Below, in pieces: positions 46,163 to 55,405 of a stretch of 64,000 nt of DNA. The stretch's first letter is position 1. Each line of letters starts with the position of its first letter. The stretch covers positions 253,134 to 317,133 of the forward strand of contig CAUQXC010000002.1 in assembly GCA_963522175.1 (NCBI GenBank), in the 5' to 3' direction. Origin of the DNA: an uncultured Lachnospiraceae bacterium. Its GTDB lineage: Bacteria > Bacillota > Clostridia > Lachnospirales > Lachnospiraceae. Position numbers and translations under genes: made by a program. Under the pieces are notes generated by a model. The model saw nothing but the letters and a program-made list of their open reading frames with translations. It had not been told where the DNA came from and searched no databases.

Positions 46163-46205
46163 AAAAAAAGACATACAGAAAATGAGGAAGCATTTTCTGT
46201 ATGTC
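46163..46205 (-). terminator. Strong rho-independent terminator
   Basis: Perfect 15-bp stem GACATACAGAAAATG / CATTTTCTGTATGTC with a 6-nt loop. On the minus strand a T7 run follows. Confidence 0.8.
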
Positions 46206-46382
46206 TCTTTTAGGGATAAAACAGCCACATAAATATATTTTTCCTATTCGTATATACATCCGGTCCGGGATGCCTGCCTCCTGTGTTGTATAGAAGGCTG
46301 TACGGGGAAGAATTTCCTCTTGCAGCCCGGTAACTATAGGTTATTGGGTTTAAGGACTGTCCTATCCTTATTGATACTTAGT

Positions 46383-47756
46383 CTATTCCCCCTCCAAGGG
46401 TTTCATCACCACTTCTCCGTTCTCATCCATTACGACTATCGGATTGCTTCCATCCCTGTCAATTCTTGTTATACACCTTCCTTCACCTTTTTCATCATAT
46501 TCATATATAAATATATACTTATCAGTCAAGTATATACCAGGATATATATGGCTCAAAAAACAAGCTCTTTTTCTAAAAACTTCCTCATAATCCCCTGTCT
46601 CTATGTCTATATTGTATACATATATATCGCTAAAATTATCTACCCTATTAGAGCGTATCGTTAATAAACTTACCATGCCATCTCCAACTGCCAAACTACG
46701 TGGAGAGCCTTTGTAATCCATACTTTTTGACAAAGATTCATATATGAAATTAAAACTTTCTTTTGAATTTTCTATATCTTCAAGCTTTGCCCTGAATATA
46801 GAGTTTAAATAAGCTTTGTACTCAAACTTTTTCTTTTCCTCATCTTCTATTTCACTTGAAACATTCGGCTTAAACTTTTTATCAAAATCTTTATCTCTGT
46901 AGTTAACATCCTGGCGTCCTATGAAATAGATATATCCGTTTGAAGCTCTTGAAAATCGGAAAAAATCAAAAACTATATTCTTTAATTCATAGTTATCTAA
47001 AGATTTACTTTCCGATGACTTATATATCCCGCCTTCCCTTACCTTTTTATCAATGTTCTCTACCCACTCATTCAGGTATGTTGTATCCATTCCTTCATAT
47101 ACTTCTTCGATAGAGAAAAGTCCAGGGTATTCCGTCATAAGTTCATAGTCCTTATATCTTACTTTATTTATATCAAAAAGGTAATAATTCGGTGCACTTA
47201 TACCGATAGAGTGATACTCATATAACACATATTCATCGAAGACCTGATTATCTAAAAAATGAGTATATTTTACATCATTTACCCATATTTCTTTTCCGTC
47301 TAAACTATATTTTCCAAGTTCATTATTCCCCAAAACATAGATATAATCACCATCTAAAAATATATCTCCCTGTTTATCTATACAAGGCTTTATATCACCT
47401 GTTTTATCCATCTTATAGATTAGATTATCAATACCTCCATTAAAAAATATATCTTCACCATTTACCATTATCCCACCTATTCCACTGTCCATGCTGCATA
47501 CTTCTTTTACACAATTCGTTGTATCGCCCATAAACATCAGCTTGTTATTATAGGTAAAATATACTCCGTCTTTTGCCTGAGCTACACTATCACTGTATTT
47601 AACATCCGTAACTTTTTCTTTATCTTTAATCTTATCCTTCAAACGGTGCTTGTATGCAGGTACATACATAAAATCAAGCTTCGGAAGTACAAAAAATATA
47701 ATCGTAAATAAAATCGATGTTATAATTATCAATGTTATACAAAATTTTTTCTTCAT
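46383..47756 (-). CDS. Membrane-anchored hypothetical protein with repeated beta-strand-rich (propeller-like) segments
   Basis: 457 aa with an N-terminal TM helix. Recurrent D-G-x-Y-I-Y/F-type segments occur (DGVYFTYNNKLMFMGD, GEDIFFNGG, GDYIYVLGNNELGKYSLDGKEIW, NGYIYFIG, DKYIFIYEYD). It may be DUF5050-like, but this is not verified. Confidence 0.6.
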   Translation of the reverse strand: MKKKFCITLIIITSILFTIIFFVLPKLDFMYVPAYKHRLKDKIKDKEKVTDVKYSDSVAQAKDGVYFTYNNKLMFMGDTTNCVKEVCSMDSGIGGIMVNGEDIFFNGGIDNLIYKMDKTGDIKPCIDKQGDIFLDGDYIYVLGNNELGKYSLDGKEIWVNDVKYTHFLDNQVFDEYVLYEYHSIGISAPNYYLFDINKVRYKDYELMTEYPGLFSIEEVYEGMDTTYLNEWVENIDKKVREGGIYKSSESKSLDNYELKNIVFDFFRFSRASNGYIYFIGRQDVNYRDKDFDKKFKPNVSSEIEDEEKKKFEYKAYLNSIFRAKLEDIENSKESFNFIYESLSKSMDYKGSPRSLAVGDGMVSLLTIRSNRVDNFSDIYVYNIDIETGDYEEVFRKRACFLSHIYPGIYLTDKYIFIYEYDEKGEGRCITRIDRDGSNPIVVMDENGEVVMKPLEGE

Positions 47757-48264
47757 TTCCTACACCAACTCCCTTTATAATACTTTCTATCATAAACCTT
47801 AAACATATTTTTTACTTATTCAACATGAACTTTAAGGTTCTGTTACATAATACATCGGATAGAAATAATACATAGTAGAATTTCCCACAAGACACCAAAC
47901 CGATAATAATTATTGTCTGCAGTATAGAATATAGACCAAATAGAAAAAATAACAATCAGCGCATTGTATTGTTTATCTCTACCGGAACTATTTCCAACCA
48001 CCGGTAGCATTTCTTTTTATCAAGAAACATTTCTTAACAATAAAACAATAAACATACCCTTTTTATTTACAAATCTTCATATTTCTTCTTCTAAGTTTAA
48101 GGTAACATATACAAGGAATAATTTCAAGATATATTAATACATTTTATATCTATACTGCAGCCTATAAATCCGGTATTATAGTATAAATACATAATTACAT
48201 ACATTAATCTAAATATCTTATAAGCACTATCACGAATACGAAAAACATAACATAAGATCAATAG

Positions 48265-48306
48265 CAAAAAACACAGGGCGGACTTTTTTGTCCACCCTGT
48301 GTTTTT
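48265..48306 (-). terminator. Terminator after the NitT/TauT-type ABC operon (bidirectional architecture)
   Basis: Stem ACACAGGGCGGAC / GTCCACCCTGTGT (13 bp, one mismatch) with a T6 loop. It is flanked by an A-run on one side and a T-run on the other. Confidence 0.7.
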
Positions 48307-48371
48307 GCGTAATAATGTTAGTTTGCAGTTGATAGTTTATAATGATTTTGTCGTAGTTATCTTGGTTTCAA

Positions 48372-49466
48372 TTATTTTGCGTTTGCGTCCGCCGCTTCCT
48401 GCATGATATCGAACATAACGTATTTGTCTACATCCACAGCCTCTTTAATTCTTCCGGAATCTATAAATACTTTTTGCTGATTTTCATAATATTCTTTTAC
48501 CGTGCCGTCTTCAAGATACTTAGCAAGGTCTTTACCGCTTATCCAGTTTCCTTCTCCGGTTGATTTTAACATAACCTCTTCGTCTACCTGACACTGTTTT
48601 GCAACCATTTTTGCAACTTCTTCAATATTCTCGGAACGATAGTCCGCAGCTTTTTGTAATGCTCTTGCAAATCTTACAAGCACATCCTTGTTTTCGCTTG
48701 CATATTTTTCTGTCGTAATGAAGCTTGACGGGAATGTTACCTTATCTACATAATCCTCATTTGTTGCAAGTACCAGACCGTCATCCTTAAGTGCCTCAAG
48801 AATTGTTCCGGTTCCCGGTGACCATGTAGCACAGGCATCGACATTTCCGCTTACTATTGCAGAAACTATACCGTTTGCATCCATCTCTACGAGATCAAGA
48901 TCGCTGCTCTTTAAGCCTGCTTTGTCCAAAGCGAGGTTTAAGATAATCTCAGCCGATGTACCGCTTGTTACCGCAACCTTTTTGCCTTTCAAGTCTTCAA
49001 GCTTCTCAATGCCTTTTTTCTTATTTGCTATTACAGCATCTGCAAGAGAAGTACAATCAAGCTCGAATACTTTTGCCTGTCCCTCTATGCAAAGAGCGTG
49101 TGCTCCGTGTCCGATTTGTGAAATGTCTATGTCTCCTGATGCCATAGCCGCAATTTCCGCAGGACCTCCCTGAAACTCAACCATCTCGACGTCAAGACCC
49201 ATATCCTTGAAAAAGCCTTTTTCCTTGGCTGTTGTGGCAAGAGAAGCGCTTCCCATATTAGGCATGTATGCCACTCTCACCTTTACCGTATCAAATGTTT
49301 CTTTCGCCTCTTCCTTAGTTGTCTCGGCATCGGTCTTTGTCTCTTCCGCCTTAGTTGTCTCTTCCGCCGCCGCTTTTGTTGTTTCTTCACTTTGCTTTTG
49401 TGTTGAACATGCGCTCAGGGCTACCATCATTCCCAGTCCCAGAGCAAATAAAATTTTTTTCTTCAT
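48372..49466 (-). CDS. ABC transporter substrate-binding lipoprotein, NMT1/THI5-like (NitT/TauT family: sulfonate/nitrate/taurine-type)
   Basis: 364 aa. Lipobox ALSAC, then a T/E/K/A-rich linker. The body (VRVAYMPNMGSASLATTAKEKGFF...) is typical of SsuA/TauA/ThiY-like proteins. Substrate not assignable. Confidence 0.7.
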   Translation of the reverse strand: MKKKILFALGLGMMVALSACSTQKQSEETTKAAAEETTKAEETKTDAETTKEEAKETFDTVKVRVAYMPNMGSASLATTAKEKGFFKDMGLDVEMVEFQGGPAEIAAMASGDIDISQIGHGAHALCIEGQAKVFELDCTSLADAVIANKKKGIEKLEDLKGKKVAVTSGTSAEIILNLALDKAGLKSSDLDLVEMDANGIVSAIVSGNVDACATWSPGTGTILEALKDDGLVLATNEDYVDKVTFPSSFITTEKYASENKDVLVRFARALQKAADYRSENIEEVAKMVAKQCQVDEEVMLKSTGEGNWISGKDLAKYLEDGTVKEYYENQQKVFIDSGRIKEAVDVDKYVMFDIMQEAADANAK

Positions 49467-49479
49467 ACCTTCTCCCTTC

Positions 49480-50271
49480 TTATTTTCTTACCTCAAGATA
49501 CTCTTGGTAAACCTGTGACCAGATATAATTTTTAAGCTTTAAAAATTTATCCTCCATTTTGGTTTCCTGAGTTCTAGGGTACGGAATATCAATATCTACA
49601 ATCTCTTTAATCCTTCCCGGTCTTGCACTCATAATAATGACTCTTTGCGCAAGTATGATCGCCTCATCAACATCATGTGTTATAAAAAAGCAAGTCTTTT
49701 TCTCTTTTTCCCAAGTAAGCAAAAGTTCCGATTGTAATTGAGTTCTTGTTTGTGCATCCAAAGCTCCGAACGGCTCATCCATCAGTAATACCTGTGGATT
49801 CACCGCATAAGCTCTGGCTATCGCAACCCTTTGTTTCATACCGCCCGACAATTCTTTAGGATATGAATCCGCAAACTGTTCCAAATCAACCATCTTAAGG
49901 TATTTCATAGCTTCTTCCCTTGCTTTACCCCCCTTAATTCCCTTAAGATTCAGTCCGAATTCCACATTCTTTATAACCGTAAGCCATGGAAAAAGTGCAT
50001 ATTGTTGGAAAACAACCCCTCTTTCCGGCCCCGGTCCCTCAACAGCTTTATTATCCACATAGATATTGCCCGAAGTAGGTTCCAAAAGACCTGCAATAAT
50101 ATTTAAAAGTGTTGATTTACCGCAACCCGAAGGTCCTACAACACAAATAAATTCATTTTCTTTAATATCAAGACTTACACCGTTGAGAGCCGTCATTTCT
50201 CCTTTTCCGGTATTGAACTTTTTAACTACATTATCTATTCTTACCTTTACCGGTGCATTGTCTCCTGCCAT
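49480..50271 (-). CDS. ABC transporter ATP-binding protein (NitT/TauT family)
   Basis: Walker A GPSGCGKST, the family-typical VFQQYALFPWLTVIKNVEFGL, signature LSGGMKQRVAIARA, Walker B LLMDEPFGALD. Confidence 0.9.
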   Translation of the reverse strand: MAGDNAPVKVRIDNVVKKFNTGKGEMTALNGVSLDIKENEFICVVGPSGCGKSTLLNIIAGLLEPTSGNIYVDNKAVEGPGPERGVVFQQYALFPWLTVIKNVEFGLNLKGIKGGKAREEAMKYLKMVDLEQFADSYPKELSGGMKQRVAIARAYAVNPQVLLMDEPFGALDAQTRTQLQSELLLTWEKEKKTCFFITHDVDEAIILAQRVIIMSARPGRIKEIVDIDIPYPRTQETKMEDKFLKLKNYIWSQVYQEYLEVRK

Positions 50272-51035
50272 CCCGTCAGACTCCTTTCCAAAAATCTTAC
50301 TATCTGCTCAAATGTAAGTCCTATAATACCTATAATAAGTATTCCCATGAGAACCGTAGCCATATCGTAATAGCCCTGTGCCTTTTGTATCATCATACCC
50401 AGACCTCTGGATGCCCCCGTAAGCTCTGCCGCAACCAAAGTTGTAAGCGAAGCCGAAAGCCCCAATCTTGCACCCACAAGTATAAAAGGAGTGGACGCCG
50501 GAATAACAACCTTAAAGAATATATCTCTGTCAGTGGCACCTAAAACTCTTGCAGCCTTTATAAGAGTAACATCCACATTGCATACACCTTGATATATGGT
50601 AACAACCAGAACCAGAAAAGAAGCGATAAAAATAACAATAATCTTAGCACTTTCTCCTACTCCCGCTCCCGCTATTACAAGCGGTATGTATGCAAGAGGA
50701 GGTATGTTTCTTACAAACTGTATCCACGGTGCGACAAGATTTCGAAAGGGTGCATACCAACCCATTAAAAAAGCTACCGGTATTGAAGCTACAAAGCCTA
50801 TCATAAAACCTGCTATAACCCTGAATAAACTTATGTATACATGTCCCCGGAGAGTGTTGTCCCCCATCTTTTCGACAAGCTTTCCATAAACCTCGAAAGG
50901 AGATGCAAATATTACTCCGCCCGCTTCTGAAGATGCAATACCTATCCATATAAGAAATGCTGAAGCTACAGATATACACATCCACACGGAAGGCGGTATG
51001 TTGTTAAGAACACCTGTATTTTTTTTGGTTTTCAT
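50247..51035 (-). CDS. ABC transporter permease (NitT/TauT family)
   Basis: 262 aa polytopic protein with EAA loop LIKAARVLGATDRDIFFKVVIPAS. It overlaps the ATPase gene. Confidence 0.85.
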   Translation of the reverse strand: MKTKKNTGVLNNIPPSVWMCISVASAFLIWIGIASSEAGGVIFASPFEVYGKLVEKMGDNTLRGHVYISLFRVIAGFMIGFVASIPVAFLMGWYAPFRNLVAPWIQFVRNIPPLAYIPLVIAGAGVGESAKIIVIFIASFLVLVVTIYQGVCNVDVTLIKAARVLGATDRDIFFKVVIPASTPFILVGARLGLSASLTTLVAAELTGASRGLGMMIQKAQGYYDMATVLMGILIIGIIGLTFEQIVRFLERSLTGWQETMHR

Positions 51036-51082
51036 TTTATCTACCCCCTAAACTATCTTGATATAAGAATATAACAGAAATC

Positions 51083-51124
51083 AAAAAATAGAAAGTCTGA
51101 TATTTTATCATACTTTCTATTTTT
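51083..51124 (-). terminator. Terminator after ribU
   Basis: 13-bp stem AAAAATAGAAAGT / ACTTTCTATTTTT with a 15-nt loop. A-run and T-run are embedded in the stem, giving a bidirectional architecture. Confidence 0.6.
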
Positions 51125-51169
51125 AATCTATAAACGGTAACAGACGGATGTACCTTATACTCTATCCAA

Positions 51170-51937
51170 TTATACCACACTGCTGTCAAGCTTTTTTATT
51201 TTACTTGCAGCGAAATCTTCCACCTTTAAAATAACACTTATCTTCTTGTACAGGCTCAACGTAAGCACTGAAACAACAGAACCTTTAATCAGGTTAAGCG
51301 GTACCACCGAAAAAAGAACCAAGGTATAGACGGAGTTTATATACGGATTTATAGCGGTTCCCATGTTAACTATTGCTTCTAAAGGCATTCCGTACATACT
51401 TGCAAACTTGGGAAGCAGGTAAATGAGGTTAAACGCCGAACCGAAAACTGTCATTATTACTGTTCCCGAAAGTGTTCCGAAAACAGCCGAAGTCTTTGTT
51501 TTCTTGAAAAGATATATGATAGATGCCGGCAAAATAAAGCTTACACCGACAACAAAGTTGGCAAGCTCTCCCACAAAAGCCGTACTTGTAGATCTGAATA
51601 CAAGCTTAAGTAAAATCTTGCAAAATTCGGTAAGAACACCCGCCACAGGACCGTATGCAAAGCTTACTATAAGCACAGGAAGCTCGGATAAGTCTATTTT
51701 ATAGAATGTAGGCGCAAAAGGTAAAGGAACTTCAAACATCATTATTATGGTCGCTATTGCCGAAAATAAACCTATTACGGTAAGCTTTTTCGTTGTGAGT
51801 ATCCTACCCTTATAACCTACAGCCTTATTGTGCAGCTTTTCCGTAAAATAAGCCGCCAAAAACAGCCCCGCCACTGTAAGCATAAACTCGATGAAAAAAA
51901 TAAGATTGTCCCTTAAGATACTAAAAAGATTTTGCAT
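51170..51937 (-). CDS. ribU: ECF transporter S component, probable riboflavin transporter
   Basis: Polytopic protein of about 255 aa, directly downstream of an FMN riboswitch. Start trimmed to MQNLFSIL (ATG 51937), which has AAGGAGG 8 nt upstream. Confidence 0.75.
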   Translation of the reverse strand: MQNLFSILRDNLIFFIEFMLTVAGLFLAAYFTEKLHNKAVGYKGRILTTKKLTVIGLFSAIATIIMMFEVPLPFAPTFYKIDLSELPVLIVSFAYGPVAGVLTEFCKILLKLVFRSTSTAFVGELANFVVGVSFILPASIIYLFKKTKTSAVFGTLSGTVIMTVFGSAFNLIYLLPKFASMYGMPLEAIVNMGTAINPYINSVYTLVLFSVVPLNLIKGSVVSVLTLSLYKKISVILKVEDFAASKIKKLDSSVV

Positions 51938-51997
51938 TTTGATTTCCTCCTTGTATTTTTCTTTCCACATGCAAAAGTGTCCTCGGAGTTTTCAGAT

Positions 51998-52028
51998 AAA
52001 AAAATACCCCAAGTAACTCTTGGGGTAT
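51998..52028 (-). terminator. Expression-platform terminator of the FMN riboswitch
   Basis: On the minus strand, ATACCCCAAG-AGTTA-CTTGGGGTAT is followed by a T7 run. It lies between the aptamer and the ribU start. Confidence 0.8.
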
Positions 52029-52091
52029 GAATAATAAACAGAGCGTAGATGTTTTAATACATCAATAAAACCGTATATACAGTTTCACGAA

Positions 52092-52200
52092 CTCTTCTCT
52101 CATCCGGACTATACCGTCGGTATCGGAATTTCACCGATTCAAGCATCATGCTTCGCAGACTTTACTGCCGGTGGGGAATTGCGCCCCGCCCCGAAGAATA
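52092..52200 (-). promoter_or_regulatory. FMN riboswitch (RFN element) aptamer
   Basis: Minus strand reads UAUUCUUCGGGGCGGGGCGCAAUUCCCCACCGGCAGUAAAGUCUGCGAAGC...GAAUCGGUGAAAUUCCGAUACCGACGGUAUAGUCCGGAUGAGAGAAGAG. This matches the RFN consensus blocks (CUUCGGGGC.GGGUGAAAUUCCC.ACCGGCGGU, GGUGAAAUUCC, CCGACAGUAUAGUCUGGAUG.GAGAAG). Confidence 0.9.
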
Positions 52201-52224
52201 TACTTTGATTATAGTATTTTCGTT

Positions 52225-53454
52225 TTATTTGTCAAGAAGAATTTTACAAAAGTTCTTTTTGCCTCTTTTTACGAGCTTTCCTTCATCGCCAAAATCGGCA
52301 GGCTCATAGCTTGTTCTAATGTCTTTGACAAGCTCTCCGTCAACTGATACACCGCCCTGCTCCACGTTTCTTCTGGCTTCTCCTCTGCTCTTTGCAAGAT
52401 CTGCAAGTACCAGAATAGATAATATATCAATCTTTCCGTCGGTAAAGTCCGCTTCGGATATGTTTACACTCGGAACATTGCTCATATTTGTGCCTCCGGC
52501 AAATAAAGCCTTACTTGCTTCCTCCGCCTTCACAGCTTCTTCCTCTCCATGAACGAGCTTTGTCAAATCGAATGCCAAAATCTGCTTTGCTTCATTAAGC
52601 TTAGCACCTTCCCAGTCTTCCATAGCCTTTATTTCTTCTATAGGCAGGAAAGTAAGCATCTTTATGCACTTTAAGACATCATTATCGCTTACGTTTCTCC
52701 AATATTGATAAAACTCGAAGGGACTCGTTTTTTCCGGATCCAGCCAAACCGCACCGCCGACGGTTTTTCCCATCTTCTTACCCTCGGAGTTAAGTAAAAG
52801 CGTTATGGTCATAGCGTGGGCATCCTTACCGAGCTTACGCCTTATAAGCTCCGTTCCGCCGAGCATATTTGACCATTGATCATCTCCACCGAACTGCATA
52901 TTGCAGCCGTATTTTTGGTAAAGCATATAAAAATCGTAACTTTGCAATATCATATAGTTAAACTCGAGGAAGGACAAGCCCTTTTCCATACGCTGCTTAT
53001 AACATTCAGCCCTTAACATATTGTTTACGGAAAAATGAGGTCCCACCTCTCTGATAAACTCCATATAATTCAAGTCTCTCAGCCAATCGGCATTATTTAC
53101 CATCAAAGCTTTGTCTTCACCGAACTCTATAAACTTTGACATCTGCTTTTTGAAACACTCACAGTTATGGTCTATCTGCTCAAGCGTCATCATACTTCTT
53201 AAATCCGTTCTTCCCGAAGGGTCGCCTATCATACCGGTTCCGCCGCCTACCAGGGCTATAGGCTTATTTCCCGCCATTTGCAGCCTTTTCATCAGACAAA
53301 GAGCCATAAAATGACCTACATGAAGACTGTCAGCCGTCGGATCGAATCCTATATAAAAAGTAGCCTTACCCTCATTTATCATTTTACTAATCTCTTCTTC
53401 ATTGGTAGTTTGAGCAATAAGTCCCCTTGCCTTCAACTCATCATAACATTTCAT
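52225..53454 (-). CDS. tyrS: Tyrosine--tRNA ligase
   Basis: Class I motifs DSLHVGH (HIGH) and KMGKT (KMSKS). C-terminal S4-like domain. 409 aa. Confidence 0.95.
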   Translation of the reverse strand: MKCYDELKARGLIAQTTNEEEISKMINEGKATFYIGFDPTADSLHVGHFMALCLMKRLQMAGNKPIALVGGGTGMIGDPSGRTDLRSMMTLEQIDHNCECFKKQMSKFIEFGEDKALMVNNADWLRDLNYMEFIREVGPHFSVNNMLRAECYKQRMEKGLSFLEFNYMILQSYDFYMLYQKYGCNMQFGGDDQWSNMLGGTELIRRKLGKDAHAMTITLLLNSEGKKMGKTVGGAVWLDPEKTSPFEFYQYWRNVSDNDVLKCIKMLTFLPIEEIKAMEDWEGAKLNEAKQILAFDLTKLVHGEEEAVKAEEASKALFAGGTNMSNVPSVNISEADFTDGKIDILSILVLADLAKSRGEARRNVEQGGVSVDGELVKDIRTSYEPADFGDEGKLVKRGKKNFCKILLDK

Positions 53455-53576
53455 AATTCCACTCCTGTTTATCCGATATATTTATTAAACGATATAAGTA
53501 TTTAAAAAATAATCAAATACCTATATCGTCATATAATAATATATCAAAGTCAAAAAAACAAGTCCGCACTAAGATT

Positions 53577-54533
53577 TTATATCGTATCTCCAAGCTCGGC
53601 AAGGTTTTCTCTCAGTACCTTGCATGACTCATCAAACTTCTTTTTCTCTTCATCCGTAAGATTTATTTCCAGAATCTTCTGTATACCGTTTTTATTGATT
53701 ACACAAGGAACACCCACATAAAGCCCCTGATGTCCGTACTCTCCCTTGAGGTTTGCGGATACCGTAAGAACCGAGCTCTCATCGCCAAGTATAGCCTTGG
53801 TTATTCTTGTAAGCGCCATACCTATTCCGTAGTATGTGGCTTTCTTTGCCTCTATTACCTTATACGCCGCCGTTCTTACCTCTTCTTCTATAACGTCAAA
53901 ATCCCGAAGCCCCAGTTTACAGCCCGGGTCATCAAAGAAATCAATTATAGGCTTTGTTGACAGCATGGCATTTGACCAAGGCACAAACTCGCTGTCTCCG
54001 TGCTCTCCTATTACGTAAGCATGGATGGATCTCGGATCCACATGCATATTGCTTCCCAACTGGTAGCGAAGTCTTGCCGTGTCGAGAACTGTTCCGGAAC
54101 CGATTACTCTTCTCGGGTTAAAGCCTGAAAGTTTCATAACTATAAGAGTCATAACATCCACAGGGTTTGTAGCCACAAGGAAAATTCCGTTAAAGCCCGA
54201 CTCCGTTATAGGGTCTACTATAGTCTTGAAAACCGCGGTATTCCTCTCAAGAAGTTGTCTTCTCGACTCACCCGGCTGCTGTGCAACACCCGCACATATA
54301 ACAACAATGTCCGCATCCGAACAGTCATTGTAATCACCTGCCCAAATACGCATATGAGAACCGGAAAAGGCAAGTCCGTGGTTTAAATCCATAGCTTCTC
54401 CTTCCGCTCTTTGTTTATTTACATCTATAAGCACCAGCTCATCACAGGTGTTCTGGTTTAACATGGCATAGGCATAGCTCATACCGACCATCCCGCAGCC
54501 TACAAGTACAACTTTTCTTTTATCGTTTCTCAT
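53577..54533 (-). CDS. ldh: L-lactate dehydrogenase
   Basis: VVLVGCGMVGMS Rossmann motif, ATNPVD and GEHGDSE catalytic loop. 318 aa. Confidence 0.9.
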   Translation of the reverse strand: MRNDKRKVVLVGCGMVGMSYAYAMLNQNTCDELVLIDVNKQRAEGEAMDLNHGLAFSGSHMRIWAGDYNDCSDADIVVICAGVAQQPGESRRQLLERNTAVFKTIVDPITESGFNGIFLVATNPVDVMTLIVMKLSGFNPRRVIGSGTVLDTARLRYQLGSNMHVDPRSIHAYVIGEHGDSEFVPWSNAMLSTKPIIDFFDDPGCKLGLRDFDVIEEEVRTAAYKVIEAKKATYYGIGMALTRITKAILGDESSVLTVSANLKGEYGHQGLYVGVPCVINKNGIQKILEINLTDEEKKKFDESCKVLRENLAELGDTI

Positions 54534-54560
54534 AAAATCTCCTTTTCATAAAAGAATCAA

Positions 54561-54587
54561 TTAAAACCCGCTGCCTTTTAGCAGCGG
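54561..54587 (-). terminator. Putative terminator after rlmB
   Basis: On the minus strand, CCGCTGC-TAAAAG-GCAGCGG is followed by GTTTTAA. Confidence 0.45.
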
Positions 54588-54620
54588 ACAAGTTACTTTT
54601 TTATATTAAGAAAGCACCTG

Positions 54621-55367
54621 TTAAAGTGCTGTTCCCTCAAGTCTTTGTCTTACTATTTCGTAAGACAGTATCCCCGCCGCCACACTTGCATTTAAGGAAT
54701 CTATGTCTCCCTTCATAGGTATGGAAGCAAGCATATCACAATTTTTCTTTACAAGAGCACTGACTCCTTCGCCCTCGTTTCCTATGACAAGCCCGATCGC
54801 TCCTTTAAGATTGAGCTTATACATAAGCTCGCCCTTCATATCGGCGCATACAAACCACAAGCCCTTCTTTTTCAGCTCTTCTATACATGCATTTATGTTT
54901 GTAACTTTCGCTACGGGAACGTAGTTTATAGCTCCGGCGGATGCTCTGGCTACTGTAGGTGTAAGTCCGACCGCTCTGTGCTTTGAAATGATGACTCCGT
55001 GTGCCCCTGCAAGATTTGCGGTTCTTATTATGGCACCCAGATTATGCGGATCCTCTATGCAGTCCAGAACAATTACAAAGGGATCTTCTCCCTTTTTCTT
55101 TGCCGCATCAAGTATGTCATCCACCGTCGCATAGGTATAGGCGGCTAAAACGGCTATGAGTCCCTGATGCTTGCCGGTTTGACTCATTCTGTCAAGTGCT
55201 TCCTTTGCAACAAAGTTGACGTATACATTTTTCTTTTTTGCTTCTCTTAATGCCGTCTGTATGGGAGCATCCTTCAAACCCTCCTGTACATAAAGCTTAT
55301 CTATAGTTTTATCGGAACGAAACGCCTCTATAACGGCGTTCCTTCCCTCTGCCAAATTTTCCTTCAC
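54621..55367 (-). CDS. rlmB: 23S rRNA (guanosine-2'-O)-methyltransferase, TrmH/SpoU family (RlmB/YacO-type)
   Basis: SpoU motifs LDCIEDPHNLGAIIRTA, GNEGEGVS and LNASVAAGI. It follows mrnC and cysS, as in other Firmicutes. Confidence 0.85.
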   Translation of the reverse strand: MKENLAEGRNAVIEAFRSDKTIDKLYVQEGLKDAPIQTALREAKKKNVYVNFVAKEALDRMSQTGKHQGLIAVLAAYTYATVDDILDAAKKKGEDPFVIVLDCIEDPHNLGAIIRTANLAGAHGVIISKHRAVGLTPTVARASAGAINYVPVAKVTNINACIEELKKKGLWFVCADMKGELMYKLNLKGAIGLVIGNEGEGVSALVKKNCDMLASIPMKGDIDSLNASVAAGILSYEIVRQRLEGTAL

Positions 55368-55405
55368 AGAATATCCTTTCCGAATACTGTTTAATTCTAC
55401 ATCTC

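Noticed and set aside
46206-46382. Plus-strand reading of the GC-rich element loosely resembles guanidine-I (ykkC) blocks: UAGGGAU..., GGUCCGGGAUG, ACGGGGAAG, GCCCGGUAAC.
   Set aside because: Spacing and several invariant positions differ. No plus-strand gene lies downstream to regulate. The closing helix has A-C mismatches on the plus strand but G-U pairs on the minus strand. I kept it only as an unclassified minus-strand element.
47917-48160. 12-bp inverted repeat flanking about 220 bp of AT-rich DNA, considered as a MITE or IS remnant.
   Set aside because: There is no transposase fragment, no visible target-site duplication and only one copy in the window. A 12-bp match in AT-rich DNA is weak evidence. 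It is mentioned only as context in a low-interest finding.
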